This document shows positions 10,621 through 24,215 of a stretch of DNA of 64,000 nt, piece after piece (position 1 is the stretch's first letter; every line of letters starts with the position of its first letter). Source of the DNA: Azolla caroliniana. Lineage: Eukaryota; Plantae; Polypodiophyta. The notes below the pieces were generated by a model, which saw only the letters and a program-made list of their open reading frames with translations, ran no database searches and had not been told where the DNA came from. Where the stretch lies: NCBI GenBank assembly GCA_043228905.1, contig JBHGNT010000013.1, positions 5,084,001-5,148,000 on the forward strand. Reading direction: 5' to 3'. The translations under genes were made by a program, and so were the position numbers.

Positions 10621-13600
10621 CATATCGTGGTATTGCACACCCAGTGCACCAGAAAATTGCCGCAACCTGTCTAAGCCGATGGGTTTCGTGAAGATATCGG
10701 CCACTTGCCGATCCATTGGAACATGTAGCAGTTCCACTTCACGGAGAGAACGCGCTCTCGGATAAAATGATAGTGCACCTCGATGTGCTTAGTCTGGGCA
10801 TGAAAGATGAGGTTCTTCGCCAACTTGATGTTGTTGAGGTTGTCGCAATAGATAATCATCGGATCAGACACCTCCACTTGCAGATCCTTCACGAGCCTCT
10901 TGAGCCATATGGCTTCGCATGTCATGATAGCCGATCCTCAGTACTCGGCCTCGGTGCACGAGAGTGCAACTGTCGTCTGTTTCTTACTACTACAGGCGAC
11001 TGTGGCGCTCCCAAGTGAAAACGCATATCCAGATGTAGACCTACGCTCACCAGCATTTTCGGCCCAATCGGCATCCGTGTAGCCAACAAGTTGTCTGTCT
11101 ACACCAGTCTGATACAACAAACCCTTGTCATTAGTGTTGCTAACGTACCTCAGTATTCGGTGCGCGCAGTGAGGGTGCTCCACGGTTGGATGCACCATAA
11201 ATTGAATAATCAGTCTGCCTGGATAATTGAGGTCCAGTTGGATGATGGTTCGATAGATAAGGCTTCCGACGATTTGTTGGACCCTTTCTGGGTCACATGT
11301 CATTCCGGAGTCGGGGTGAAGCTTCACATCCCGGTTCAAAGGAGGCAAGACAGATTTGCATTCCGCCATACCGAATTTGAAGAGCATACTCAACACATAA
11401 TGACACTGACTGGTCAGTATGCCTTTGGGGGTACGGATCACTTCAAACTTGAGGAATTAATGAAGGTCTCGTAAATCCTTCATCTCAAATGATGCTGCAA
11501 GCTGGGATTTCACACGGCCGATTTCGTCCAGGTCGGCGACGGCGATGACTAAATCATCAACATAAAGTAAAATACTAATCGACCTGTTCCGAACTTGCCA
11601 GATGAATAGAGACGAGTCTAATTTCGACAGAGAAAACCCCATCCGAAGTTATCTCTGTGTGATCTTTGCGTTCTAGGCATGTGGGGCTTGCTTGAGTCCG
11701 TAGAGGGACTTCTTCAATCGGCACACCGCGGATGTATTCACTCTAGACTGAAATCCGGGGGACTGAACCATATACACCTCCTCTTGAAGATCACCTTGCA
11801 GGAACGCATTCTTGACATCCATTTGATGTAGATGCCACCCCTTTGCCACTGCCACCGCAAGCAACACACGGACGGTCGTCATCTTCGCGACCGGCGCGAA
11901 CGTCTCATCATAATTGATGTCGTGTTGTTGCGTGTAGGCCTTGGACACTAACCGGGTCTTTTACCTGTGGACGGATCCATCGGTATTGTATTTAACCTTG
12001 TATACCCACCGACAACCGATTGGCTTCACTCCTTTCGGTACATCCACTAAATCCCATGCCCCATTTTCCGTGAGTACGTGTATCTCTTCCTCTACCGCCG
12101 CTTCTACATCCTTTGCCACTTCTGCGTAGCTCTCAGGCTCACTCACTTCTGCCACTTTAGCCATGTACGCATAATGATGCGCCATCATATATTTGCTATA
12201 TCCATACCTTTTTACGAGGTTCTTCTAGAGGGTGGATCGGCGTAACTTCTCGTTACCCGATTTGAGGGCCCTCTTGGCCGACTCGGAGATCGTCTCTGAA
12301 GGTCTGTCTTCATTCTTGTTGGAGTCATATTCGCTCCAATCCAACTCGTCTCTACCGGTGTGATATTCCGGCCTCTTCTTCTTCCTCTTTTCTATGTGCG
12401 TGAACCATCTCCTCAGTTCCTTACGCGGGGAGAGCATGGCCGAGTCTCCACTACTCGCTGGCTCGTCATCGGACTGGTCATTCCGACTCAGTTGCTCATG
12501 CGGCCCACTTAGCCGGAATGAGATCGGACTCTCATCTAGAGTAAACACGTTCGCGTTCACAAGTGGAAGGATCGTGCATTCCACTTGTAGAATCTTCTTG
12601 AAAATATCCAAATATACCCTCTCTACAAAAAGTCTTCTTCATCTATTGCCCGGATCGTTTCGAGCTCACTGGTCTCATCCACTAGAATTGGGTCAGACTC
12701 AGAGGTTAGAGTTGGTAGAGAGTACCATGATGTTGATTCATCGAACTCGACATCTCGGCTCACGTGAACTTGTTTTGTTCAGGGGCCATAGCACATACAA
12801 CCCTTTTGCTCATGTGAGTGGCCGACAAGGATGCACTTCTCCGACTTTGGGTCCAGCTTTCCCCCCTTCTCATCCGGGACATGCACATAGGCAATGCTAC
12901 CGAATATCTTAAGATGCCTTAAATTCGGCTTCCGCCCGAAATATAGCTCATGCGCTCACACCTTATCCCCGATCCGATTTTGAATGTAGACAGTCGTCAA
13001 GACTGCTTCGGCCCAGTAGAACTTGGGCATGCTCTTCTCTTCCAACATTGCTTGTACCGCCTCCACAATTGACCGGTTCTTCCTTTCGGTCACACCGTTT
13101 TGTTTAGGTGTGTATCAGCAACTGATTTCTCTCTAATTCCCATTTGTTGCAGGTAACTATTGAATTGGCCGGAAAAGTATTCTTTTCCGCCATCCAACCG
13201 TAGGCACTTGATCTTCCTCTCCGATTCCCGTTCTACAAGACTTTGCAAGTTCCGGAAACAACCGAAACCATCACTTTTCCTTTCGATTAGGTAGATCCAT
13301 GTGTGCCGGTTGTAGTCGTTGATGAAGGAGACGAAGTATGGGCTCCCACCAAGACTAACGTTCTGTGTCGGTCCCCATACATCCGAATGTATTAGATCAA
13401 GCTTGTTATGGATCTGGTTTCTTTCGATGGGGAACGGAAGCCGGTGTTGCTTCCCGAGCTGGCAGGCTTTACATATTTGGTCCTTTCGGCCATTGAATTT
13501 CAGCAATCCAAAAACAACCTATTTCAATTGAAGGTTTTGAAGTCTCAAATAGTTGACGTGGCTGATCCGCAGGTCGATATCCGATTCGACCTTCTGTCCT

Positions 13601-15513
13601 TTTGCGAACATAGCGGTGCCCACGTCGTTGGTATCGAGGATAAACATCCTCCCGTGCTTGCGCCCTTGCGCAATTATTTGGCCTTCTTCCTTGATGAAGC
13701 ACCCGAGATGCATACACCGCACCTGCATCCCTTGGTCGACGATTTGTCCGACTGACACTAGGTTCTTTGTGATTGTCAGAACATGTAGCACGTTCATAAG
13801 CTTCCCTTTCTTCCGACATGACTCAAGGGAACTTCTCCGACTTGCACTATTGGGTGAGGAGTGTCGTCTTTGGTCTCGACAACTCCCGATTGCTCCGGCT
13901 TTTCCAAAAAACGAGAACCACTCTTCATGGCTCGTCATGTGGTTTGATGCGCCAGAGTCAACGTACCACACTTCCTCTAATCCGGAACTAGTCTTCTTCA
14001 TCGAGTTCACCTTGTGCTTCATCACAAAGGTTGGTCCTTTTCCAGTCTTACCGGTTCCAAATCCATCTAATCCTTCCGCGTAGTGCGAGCTTTGCTGGCT
14101 CCCTTGTCCGGCCTTGCCAGATCCAGATTTATCTGAATTGGTGCGCTTCTTCCAGCAATCACTTTCCCGGTGGCCTCTCTTGCCACAGTACCAGGATTCC
14201 GTGTTGATTTTCCCTTGCCAATTTCCGGCACCGCCTTGACTCCCCCTGCTAGTGGAGGGTCCGGAACTACTGTTGGCACTATCTCCGTGCCTCCGGTTTT
14301 GCTCTTGCCGGTCGCCGCTATTGCGTGCCGACCCACCTCGTCCTCCACGCCCACGGGGTCGATCCACCTCCGTGTACAACATCTGGAGTTCTGATTGAGT
14401 GGTCCTCTTGACACACTCCCGTGGTTTTCTTCGACCATGAGCATTGATTGCAGGTCGAAGAAGGATGGAGGCTTCTCCCGAGTGCAAATTGTTGTTTGAA
14501 TTGGCCCATACCTTTGTGCTACACCACCAATCAGATCTGAACCATCTCATCCTCGTCCACCGTCACATTTATGGAACCGAGTGCGTCACAGATCTCCTTG
14601 ATCTTGGTGGTGTAGTCGGTAACCGACATGTCCCGTTGCCGAATATTGTTGAGCTCTTGACGACACTGCAACTTCCGAGCCGTGGTACTTGCGGCAAAAA
14701 TCTTCTAGAGATTTTCCCAGGCCTCCTTCGGTGACTTTGTATCTCTGATGTAACCAAGCACCTGGTCGTGCACACAGGACACGAGGCAATACAACACCTT
14801 GCTCGCTGCTTGCTCCCAAACCGGGAAGTCCTTGTGTGCCGAATCCGGCACTGCTTCATTTGCTCCTTCCATGTAGCTCCAATATTCGTGCCCCAACAGG
14901 TACTAGTGCATTTTATACGAGTAGGACTCATAGTTGCTCCGGTTGACCTTTTTTGTCGGAAGTGAGCCGCCATGCTTCTGTCCATACCTTCTCTTTTGGG
15001 TTTGATCTTTTTCCGGTGATTAGGGTTTGTCTTCAGGGGGAAAGCAGTAGGGGTTCTCAACCCTCGCGCTCTAATACCATGTCAAAGTTAATATGCGGAA
15101 GCTTTGACAAATCGGTTTATCCGGTCAGCAAATGAAAAACAGACAGAAGTTTAATGGAAGTTTAGGATACACGGGAGACAGAGAGAGCAGAAAGCATAAA
15201 CTCAATTCAAAATAATAACACTATGTACATACAATGTGCTCAATGAGCCCTTTAATACAAGTCCTTACACAGACTGACAAAAATACTGACATGTACTTCA
15301 ATGCAGATACGAGCAACTAACACTAACTCCCAAAAGTATGCCTATGTACTAGGCTAGATTCGTCGGCCTCTAACGGCCTACCGGTTCCAGTCTGGTCCGT
15401 CGCTCCGATCCGGGCTTTGGTTCCGGATACTAATCCGGTTCTTCATTCCAAACATCGATCCGGCTCTGGCTTATTAAGCCAATCCAGATCTGGTTGAGCT
15501 TGTCCGCTCAACA
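10621..15513 (-). mobile_element. Ty1/copia element C (same family as A; 3' LTR deleted)
   Basis: 5' LTR 15080-15513. PBS TGGTATTAGAGC at 15068-15079. gag with CCHC (YCGKRGHRESDC), PR WYVDSGAS, INT, RT (YVDD), RNase H. Truncated near the pol end and fused to the LINE fragment. Confidence 0.93.
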
Positions 15514-15770
15514 CTTTGTGTGGGAATCGTCTCCTCGGTTCCTTATGCAGGGAGAGCATGGCCGATTCTTCGTTGCTCGCCAGCTCATCATCTTGTTGTT
15601 CCTTCCGACTCAACGCTTCATTCAGCCCACTCAACCGAAATGAGATCGGACTCTCATCTAGAGTACCAAATCCCTCTTCATCTTCTACCTCGATTGTTTC
15701 GGGCGCACTGGCCTCATCTTCCGGAATTAGCTCAGACTCTGGGGTCAGAGTCGGTAAAGAGTACCATGAT
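15514..15770 (-). pseudogene. INT-RT linker fragment of another A/C-family copia
   Basis: Reads TLDESPISFRLSG...ELASNEESAMLS, homologous to 1580-1830 and 12400-12545. Confidence 0.8.
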
Positions 15771-17075
15771 GGTGACTCATGAGGGGGAACCGGAAAGCAT
15801 CGAAGGAGTAAAGAAAGACAATCACATCCGCAAGCGGTTAAGTGCCATGCAGGATGAGATGGATTCCCTGCATGAGAACCGCACATATGAATTGACGGAG
15901 CTGTTGAAAGGAAAGAGGACACTCCGGAGGAAGTGGGTGTACAAGTTGAAACCGGGAGACGCCAAAAATCCACCAAGGTATAAAGCCCACCACATTGTGG
16001 TGAAGAGCTTCCAATAGAAGAATGGAGTGGATCTCAACGAGATTTTTGCACAGTAGTGAAGATGACATCCATCCGGACGGTGTTGGGCATGACGGCAAGC
16101 ATGGATCTCGAAGTCAAACAATTGGATGTCAAGACTGCATTCTTTCACGGTGACCTTGAGGAGGAGATCTACATGCAGTAGCCGGAAGGATTCATCAAGA
16201 AAGGGAAGGAGAACCTGGTGTGCTGGTTGAAGAAGACCTTATACGGATTGAAGAAAGCTCCCCGGCAATGGTACTCGAAGTTCAACTCCTTTATGACCGA
16301 CCAAGGATACCACAAGACGCAGGCCGACCGCTATGTGTTCGTGAAGATGTTCGACGGAGGAGACTTTCTAATACTCCTGTTGTATGTGGACAACATGTTG
16401 ATCGTCGAACGGGATCATATCAAAATCGGGATACTAAAGAAGGCCTTGAGCAAGTCCTTCTCAATGAAAGATATGGTCCAGCGAGACAAATCTTTGGGAT
16501 GCACATAGTCTGGGACTGGACGAAGAAGCTATTGTGGTTGTCACAAGAGAAGTACGTGACAAAGGTAGTCCAAAGATTCAGCATGGCGGATGCGAAGCCG
16601 GTCGGGTCCACACTTTCGGCAAACTGGAAGGTGTCCGGGAAACAAGGTTCGAAGACAAAGACGGAGAAAGCTAAGATGATGAAGGTACCTTATGCCTCAG
16701 CAGTCGGAAGCCTGATGTACGCAATGGTGTGTACCCGGTCAGACATCGGATATGCAATCGGAGTGGTCAACCGGTTCATGAGCAATCCAGGAAGAGAGCA
16801 TTGGGCAGCTCTCAACTAGATACTCTGGTACCTGAAGGGCACCACGAGCATGTGCCTCCGATTCGGCTCAAGTAAACCCTTATTGGAAGGTTTTATAGAT
16901 TCGGACATGTCGGTTTATGTAGATACCAGTTGTCATGAAGACATACATTTAGGCCTTACAAGGATTCGATGCCACGACGTCTTGGTCTACATGTTAGACC
17001 TTTAACCATTATAATAACATATATGATTATAGTTATAATAAATATATTATTAGTTATTACAATATATTTAGAGTA

Positions 17076-17174
17076 TTCTAGAACATTCTAGGATATTCCA
17101 TGATTATATTAAATATCATAAATATCTAAAATATTCTAGAACATTCTAGAATACTCCATAAGGACCTATAAATA
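17076..17174 (+). promoter_or_regulatory. Heat-shock-element arrays and TATA box in chromovirus U3
   Basis: TTCtaGAAcaTTCtaGAA at 17134-17151 (also 22371-22388). TTCtaGAAcaTTCtaGGAtaTTC at 17076-17098. TATAAATA at 17167. Confidence 0.7.
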
Positions 17175-17339
17175 GGTGTCCATTCATTCATCACAACTCA
17201 TTTGGTTCAAAACTAGTCTTTAGCCCTTAGCCTACTCTTTGTAACCTTGTTTCCTCATAATATAATCTCATTTCCATTTCTTGTCTTCTCTCTCTCTCTC
17301 TCTCTCTCTCCCTCTCTCTCCTACTCACAAGTCTCGATA

Positions 17340-17352
17340 GTTTGAACCGAAT
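17340..17352 (+). other. Non-tRNA (self-complementary) primer-binding site
   Basis: TTTGAACCGAAT is the reverse complement of the LTR sequence ATT(C/T)GGTTCAA, located about 33 nt downstream of the TATA box. Confidence 0.75.
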
Positions 17353-17435
17353 ATTCTTTTCTTCTTCTCCAATTTCTTCTTCTTCTTCTTCTCTTAAACT
17401 TATTTAAGCGAATCTAGCAAATCTCTCTCGCAACT

Positions 17436-20400
17436 ATGGAGTCCGTCAGCAAGCAAGAATATATGCACGTTCTCTCCGAACTCGCTATGCGCGTTCTCTC
17501 CTAACAACCAAATTTGTGGCCCTGGAGCAAGAAAATCAAAGATTGCTAAGCGACCTACAACAAGTAAGTGTTGCGAAGGTACAACAATTTGAAGAGTTAT
17601 CTCAACGGGTGCATCAATTGGAGGCTACTCTATTGCAACGACAATCGGTGGAAGTTCAAACTTCACAGAAAGAACCAAAGTTTAGTCTACCGGCCAAGTT
17701 TGATGGTACAAGGTCTCAATTTTGTGGATTTTTAAATAAGTTATGGCTTGTGATTAAATTGCATCCTAACCGTTACCCAACTTATGTTGCTCACGTTGGA
17801 CTAGTTTGTACCTTGTTAACGGGTACTGCATTAACATAGTTTGCATCACTCCTAGAGAAGCACTCACCATTATTAGAAGATTTTGAAGGGTTTATTAATG
17901 AGTTACAAGCCAACTTTGGAGACATCAATAGTATGAGGACCGCAATAAACAAAATTCGGCGATTACGACAAGGAGATTGTCCTGCTTCCGCTTATGCTGT
18001 AGATTTACACCTTCTAGCATGTGATATTCCATGGGACGAGGCGGCATTAATGGAACAATTTCATCAAGTTCTACGCAATGATGTGAAGGATTTACTTCTT
18101 ACCTTCCATGATGATCCGAACTCTCTTACTGAAGCAGTAAGACGGGCCGTGCGATGTGACAATCGCTTATTTGAGCGGCGTTTTGAGCGCCAACACATGT
18201 TACGCTTACGACCAACAGAAACATATGCTTCAATGGTCGCAACTCCACCCCAAGTATCAAAGTCAAGTTTGGTGGAAGGCCCTACTCCAATGGAAATCGA
18301 GACAACACAAAGTCGAGGACCATTATCAGATGTTGAAAAGCAACGACGGCGAGCGAATCATTTATGCCTCTATTGTGGTGGTCCAAAGCATATTGTTGTG
18401 AATTGTCCACATAAACCATGATGAAAAGTTAACCAAGTAAGTGCTCATGACAATCCCATCTCAATTTCTGCCCCGCCTTCTCGTAACCCAAGTAGGCCTA
18501 GTAGTCCCTGTCATAAAAATACATTTGATGTCTTGAGCCAATTAGATGATGTGTTAAAGGAGTAAGTTTGGCCAAAATCGGAGCCATTTGGTTGGACAGC
18601 CCTAAGCATATAACATTCGTCCCTAGTTGTGGTTCCATTTCATCCAATCGAGTTGGTCGAGTTTTCTCTACACAAGTTGAGCTTAACACATCTAGGTGCC
18701 ATCGAGTCCCAGCTTCTCCCCTCTTAGACTCTGGAGCCAACTCTAGTTTCATGGATCGTGAGTTTATTGTAATGCATAATATTCAGTTTCATAAGCTCCC
18801 AAGCCTAGTGTCTATCGGAGTCATTGATGGACGCCCCATAGCATCAGGTGATATGGTTGAAGAGTCTGAACCAATTCGTGTAGTCCTAGGCAATTTGGCT
18901 AGTGTCATCTCATTCAACATCATTAGTAGTCTAGAGCACTCCCTAGTTCTTGTTCTTCCATGGTTTGAGCAACATAACCCAACTATTGATTGGAGAAAAA
19001 GAACCATTGAAGAAATCACAATACAGTCTGAGTCTCTTAAAACTCCAACAAAGGATATGACATTCCAAAAGATTTCGACAATCTCTATACATTAGCAACA
19101 TGAGGAAGAACGGAAGGAAGACATGTTGGTGTTCATAGTTTTAACAACTCCCACATCGAGCTCACAAGAATCGGGGGTCCAACTACCAAAGAAATATATA
19201 TAATTCTCCGATGTTTTTGATAAGGTGAAGGCCAATAGACTACCAGAGCATCGACCATATGATTGCCCGATTGATTTGTAGCCCGGAAAAAAGCCTCCAT
19301 GGGGACCAATTTATAACCCTTCGCCCCCAGAGCTAGAGGTTCTTCAGGAATATATTGATGAGAACTTCGCGAATGGGTTTATCTAGCATTCAAGATCTCC
19401 TGCTGGCGCACCCATATTTTTCGTTAAGAAGAAAGATGGTTCACTTCGTTTGGTCATGGATTATCGAGGATTGAATAAAGTATCTATTTGAAACCGATAT
19501 GCTCTACCATTGATTTCGAGCCTTCTTGAACACCTCAGTGGAGCTAAGTATTTCACAAAATTAGATCTTCAAGGTGCTTACAACCTTGTTCAAATTCGTC
19601 CTGGGGATGAATGGAAGACTGCTTTCTGTACTCGCTATGGCCATTTTGAGTATACAGTGATGCGATTTGGTCTCACGAATGCACCAATAGTTTTCCAACA
19701 TATGACGAATGACATTTTTCGAGATTTCCTCGATATTTTCGTCATAGTTTACCTGGATGATATCTTGATCTACTCAAAAACTCAAGAGGATCATGATATA
19801 CACGTTCGACAAGCTTTGCAACGGTTGTGTGATATATGGTCTCTATGCAAAATTGGAGAAGTGTAGTTTCGACCAGTGTCAAGTGGAATTTTTGGGGTAC
19901 ATAGTCTCTTCACATGGCATCTCTATGGATCCAGCAAAGATTCAAATAGTTTTGGATTGGCAAACACCACAGTCTGTGCGAGATGTACAATTTTTTGGGG
20001 GGTTCATAAACTTTTATCCAAGATCGTATCAACCCCTCACTCAACTGACACAAAAGAATCAACCATTTGTGTGGAGTATAATGCAAACTCTGCATTTGAA
20101 GGATTAAACCAAGCATTTACATCCGCACCAATTTTGATGCATGTTGATCCATTGAAGCCCTTCATACTCGAAGTTGATGCATCCAACTTCTCACTAGGAA
20201 GCATATTATCCCAGATTAGCAATGATGGCCAACTACACCCTATGGCTTTTCATCCACAGAAATTCGAAGCTACAGAAATCAACTATGAGATTCATGACAA
20301 AGAGCTTCTTGCCATTGTGGATTCTTTTCAACAATGGTGTCATTTTTTGGAGGGTTCATCTCAACAAATCATTGTCTATAATGATAAAAAAAACCTAACG

Positions 20401-22174
20401 TACTTCCAAAGTGCTCGAGTCTTGAGTTGTCGACAAGCTCATTGGGCACAGTTCTTAACTCGTTTTGATTTTGTAATTCTATATCGCCCTGGGATGCAAC
20501 AAGGAAAATCAGATGCTTTATCTCGGCATTCGTATATGGAACTTCAACCAAGAGAGGCCGCATTTGAAAGTCAGAAGCAAATCCTCTTGGGTCCTGATCG
20601 TCTACAACTAATGGCATTTCATGTTATTGACACACCCAGGGATTGAAGTCTTTTGGACTCCATTTGGGGCATATTGAGACTGATGAATTCGCCCAAGACA
20701 TTCTGAACCATATTATCCCACATCATCCTTCTTGTTCACAATCTCAAAATCCTCCTCAAGACTACAACCAATTCAGTTGGCATGATGGTTTGCTTTTTCG
20801 ACAAAACCTCTTATATGTGCCTGATGGTCCTTCTCAACTCCAAGTCTTTCAACAATTTCATGACACACCAATGGCTGGACATTTCGGCATCCACAAGACT
20901 TTGGCATTAATTTCTCGAAGGTATTGGTGGCTACGACTTCGCCATTTTGTTACGGATTATGTTCGTAGTTGTGGTACATGTTGTTGATCCAAAAAACCTC
21001 GACATCATCCATATGGCTTATTACAGCCAATGCCTATTCCTGAGAGTCCATGGAAATCTATTTCATTGGACTTCATTACAGATCTACCACCTTCCAAGGG
21101 TTTTGATTCTATTCTCATGGTAGTAGATCGTTTTACCAAGATGGCACATTTTCTTCCCTGCACAAAGGCCACTACAAGCCAAGAGACAGCCGAGTTACTC
21201 ATGCGAGAGGTGTTTCGGCATCATGGTCTTCCCGATGATATTATTCGTGATCAAGGTCCCCAGTTCATCTCAAAATTTTGGCAGCACATGTTCAAACTCT
21301 TACATACTGCTTGCAAACTCTCTTCCAGCTACCATCTAGAAACTAACGAGCAGAGTGAGCGCACCAACCAAACAATAGAACAATATCTTCGTTGTTTTGT
21401 CAACTATCAACAAGATGATTGGGTTGATCTATTACATTTGGCAGAATTTTATTACAACAACTCAGAACATTCTTCTACTAGATATTCCCCATTTTTTGCA
21501 AACATTGGGTACCATCCTCGTTGGACTATGCTTGAACATCCCGAAGTCCTGACAAACCTGACTGTTGAAGATCGGCTCACCCGACTCCAAGAAGTTCAAG
21601 ATATCCTTTTGCACCATTTATGTGATGCTCAAACACTCAAAAGAAGGTTGTTGAACGTCATCAACGTGATTCATCAACTATGTTTCAAGTGGGAGATCGA
21701 GTATGGCTTTTACAAGGTCACATTAAAACAACCCAACCTTGCTGCAAATTGGATTATCAACGTTTTGGCCCATATGTGATATCTGGTAAGATCAATGATG
21801 TGGCATTTCACCTTGATCTTCCCCCTCATATGCATCTTCACCTGGTCTTCCATGTTTCACTTTTGGAGCCCTACACAACCAACTCTATTTCAGGTCGTCT
21901 TACATCTCCCCCACCTCCAATCGAAGTTTTGGATGGCTCCGAATATGAAGTTGCTGTCATTCTCGACTCCAAGATCATTCGCAACAAATTGTATTATTTG
22001 GTTGACTGGTTAGGTTATACACCTAATGATCGAACATGGGACCCTCTTGAGAATCTTGCTAATGCCTCCGAAATGGTTGTTGCGTTTCACAACAAATATC
22101 CGCATAAGATAAGTCTGAAATCTTGTCTTCTGACTCGTGGAACTCGTCGTCGAAAAGGGGGGATAATGTCATGA
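17436..22174 (+). pseudogene. Chromovirus gag (CLYCG zinc knuckle) and pol (LLDSGA protease, YLDD RT, RNase H, integrase, chromodomain YLVDWLGY...TWDP)
   Basis: Successive ORF fragments from 17516 to 22174 with stops and frameshifts. Confidence 0.92.
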
Positions 22175-22522
22175 AGACATACATTTAGGCCTTACAAGGA
22201 TTCGAGCCCATGAAGTCTTGGTCTATATGTTAGACCTTCAACCATTATAATAACATATATGATGTATAGTTATAATAAATATATTATTAGTTATTACAAG
22301 ATATTTAGAGTATTCCAGAACATTCTAAGATATTCCATGATTATATTAACTATCATAAATATCTAAAATATTCTAGAACATTCTAGAATACTCCATAAGG
22401 ACCTATAAATAGGTGTCTATTCATTCATCACAACTCATTCGGTTCAACACCAGTCTTTAGCCCTTAGCCTACTCTTTGTAACCTTGCTTCCTCATAATAT
22501 AATCTCATTTCCATTTCTTGTC

Positions 22523-22582
<60 letters not shown>

Positions 22583-23242
22583 GAGTCTCGACACCATCCG
22601 GTCCATGTCCGGATACATTATGACCTATTCAGGGGGAGCCGTATCGTGGCAGTCAAGGTTGCAGAGCACATTCGACAACGGAAGCGGAGCACATGGCAGC
22701 TGTAGAAGGTGGCAAGAAAGTAATTTGGATGAAGGACTTCATCGGAGAGCTAAGGATCCGACTGGAGGTATTCCGTCTCTACAGCGAGAGTCAAAGTGTC
22801 ATCCACCTTGCAAAGAACGCGGCCTACCACTCCATGATCAAGCACATCCGGAGGAGATATCACTGGTTACAGGAGAAGGTAGAAGACAAAGACTTTTCAC
22901 TGATGAAGATCCACACAGAGGAGAACGGGTCGGACATGCTGACCAACGCGTTGTAGGTTGAGAAGCTAGATGGATGTCGGAGACAGATCGGATTGACAAG
23001 ACATTCCATGCCAAAGTGAAGGGGGAGTTTGTTGGGAAAACGGGTCCCTCCGGATGGGATTGGATGAGCCAAATCAGATGGATTCGATGTGAGCCAGAAG
23101 TAGGGACATATTAGTAAATATGTTCCGATGCGCTTGTTGAGGCCATACTTGTAAATAGCCCAAAAGTTATATGAGTATAAATAACTAGGGCAAAACTTAT
23201 TGTGTGTGGTTGTAAGTTAGTTATTGAGTTGTTACCACTGTA

Positions 23243-23302
<60 letters not shown>

Positions 23303-23313
23303 TACATAAAGCT

Positions 23314-23527
23314 CAGATGGATGTGGCTCAGTTGGTAAGGTTGCCCAATGGAGACCAAGTGGTCATGGGTTCAACCCCTACATTCCACAATGGCATCTAG
23401 TGAATTAAGAGATATATACGAAGTAATCTATAATAGAGAGGTGCGGAAGTTGGGTTTCGAACCCACAACGCAGTGCTTGTAGTGCTAACAAATTACCACT
23501 AGGGTAAGATAATTATGAGAAAAAAAA
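23314..23527 (+). mobile_element. tRNA-derived SINE
   Basis: A box TGGCTCAGTTGG (23324), B box GGTTCAACCC (23368), A-tail 23520-23527, and 15-bp TSD GAGATACATAAAGCT (23299-23313 / 23528-23542). Confidence 0.88.
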
Positions 23528-24215
23528 GAGATACATAAAGCTTTTCTGTTGTAACCGTCGTTTGGCATAGACAGAGCTCGAGGTCGTTGCCTCCGAGTCT
23601 CGCATTGTAGTACCTCTCCCTTATAATGATTCTGTTCGGAGTCAATGGACTCCCGTCGTTTTGCCTCTTGAGGTTTTCCACATAACATACTATGTCGTCT
23701 CATTCCTGTGGAAGTGCATTAATCCCTATTATTTCTTATTCTGTTTCTTCCATTGTGTGTTTGGAACTCGATTGTGGCCAGGAACGATTCCTCTCAAGTT
23801 GAAACATGCATTGCTTTCTTCTGAAGTTCATTGTTCTCAATTGGTAATTATTGGTATATTTGAGCAAGTTGTCTATGTTCTATAATCACATTGCCTCATA
23901 ACACATTACACTCTAGAATAAAGAACAAAAATAGAACTTCATTGTAAATCTGCGAATTAGATAGCATGATTGTGGTTTACATTGTCATCAACGTAGCATA
24001 GAATAGTAGAAGAGTAGACGCAAGAAAACATGAGATGGCTACTAAAAAATAAAGAAATTACATTGAATTTATGATGTTTACACTACAACAAAGGGTGTGG
24101 TAGAATTGGCCAAAGTTGCTAGGCAGATACACAATTGGAATTTAATTGAAATGCTAGACTAATGTTATAAATCTCCTTTATGAATTTGGCATATTGCACA
24201 TGAGACAATTCTAAA

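Larger units (their letters stand above)
16931..22593 (+). mobile_element. Full-length Ty3/gypsy chromovirus (Tcn1-like), degenerate
   Basis: LTRs 16931-17339 and 22167-22593 (TGTCATG...GACA). TSD CCAGT/CCATC, both one change from CCAGC in the host DTSR codons. PPT AAAAGGGGGG at 22153. Domain order gag-PR-RT-RH-INT-chromodomain. Confidence 0.95.
15771..23796 (+). mobile_element. 5'-truncated Tnt1/Tork-like copia (family D, copy 1), interrupted by a chromovirus and a SINE
   Basis: RT at 15771-16930 and RNase H at 22594-23015, homologous to 54224-56896. PPT GAAGGGGGAG at about 23018-23027. 3' LTR TGTTGGG...CTCTCA at about 23030-23796. Confidence 0.88.

Noticed and set aside
18545-18600. Possible gag/pol -1 frameshift site in the chromovirus (GTTAAAG near the gag stop)
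   Set aside because: Not a canonical slippery heptamer, and the copy is too degenerate to distinguish it from mutation.
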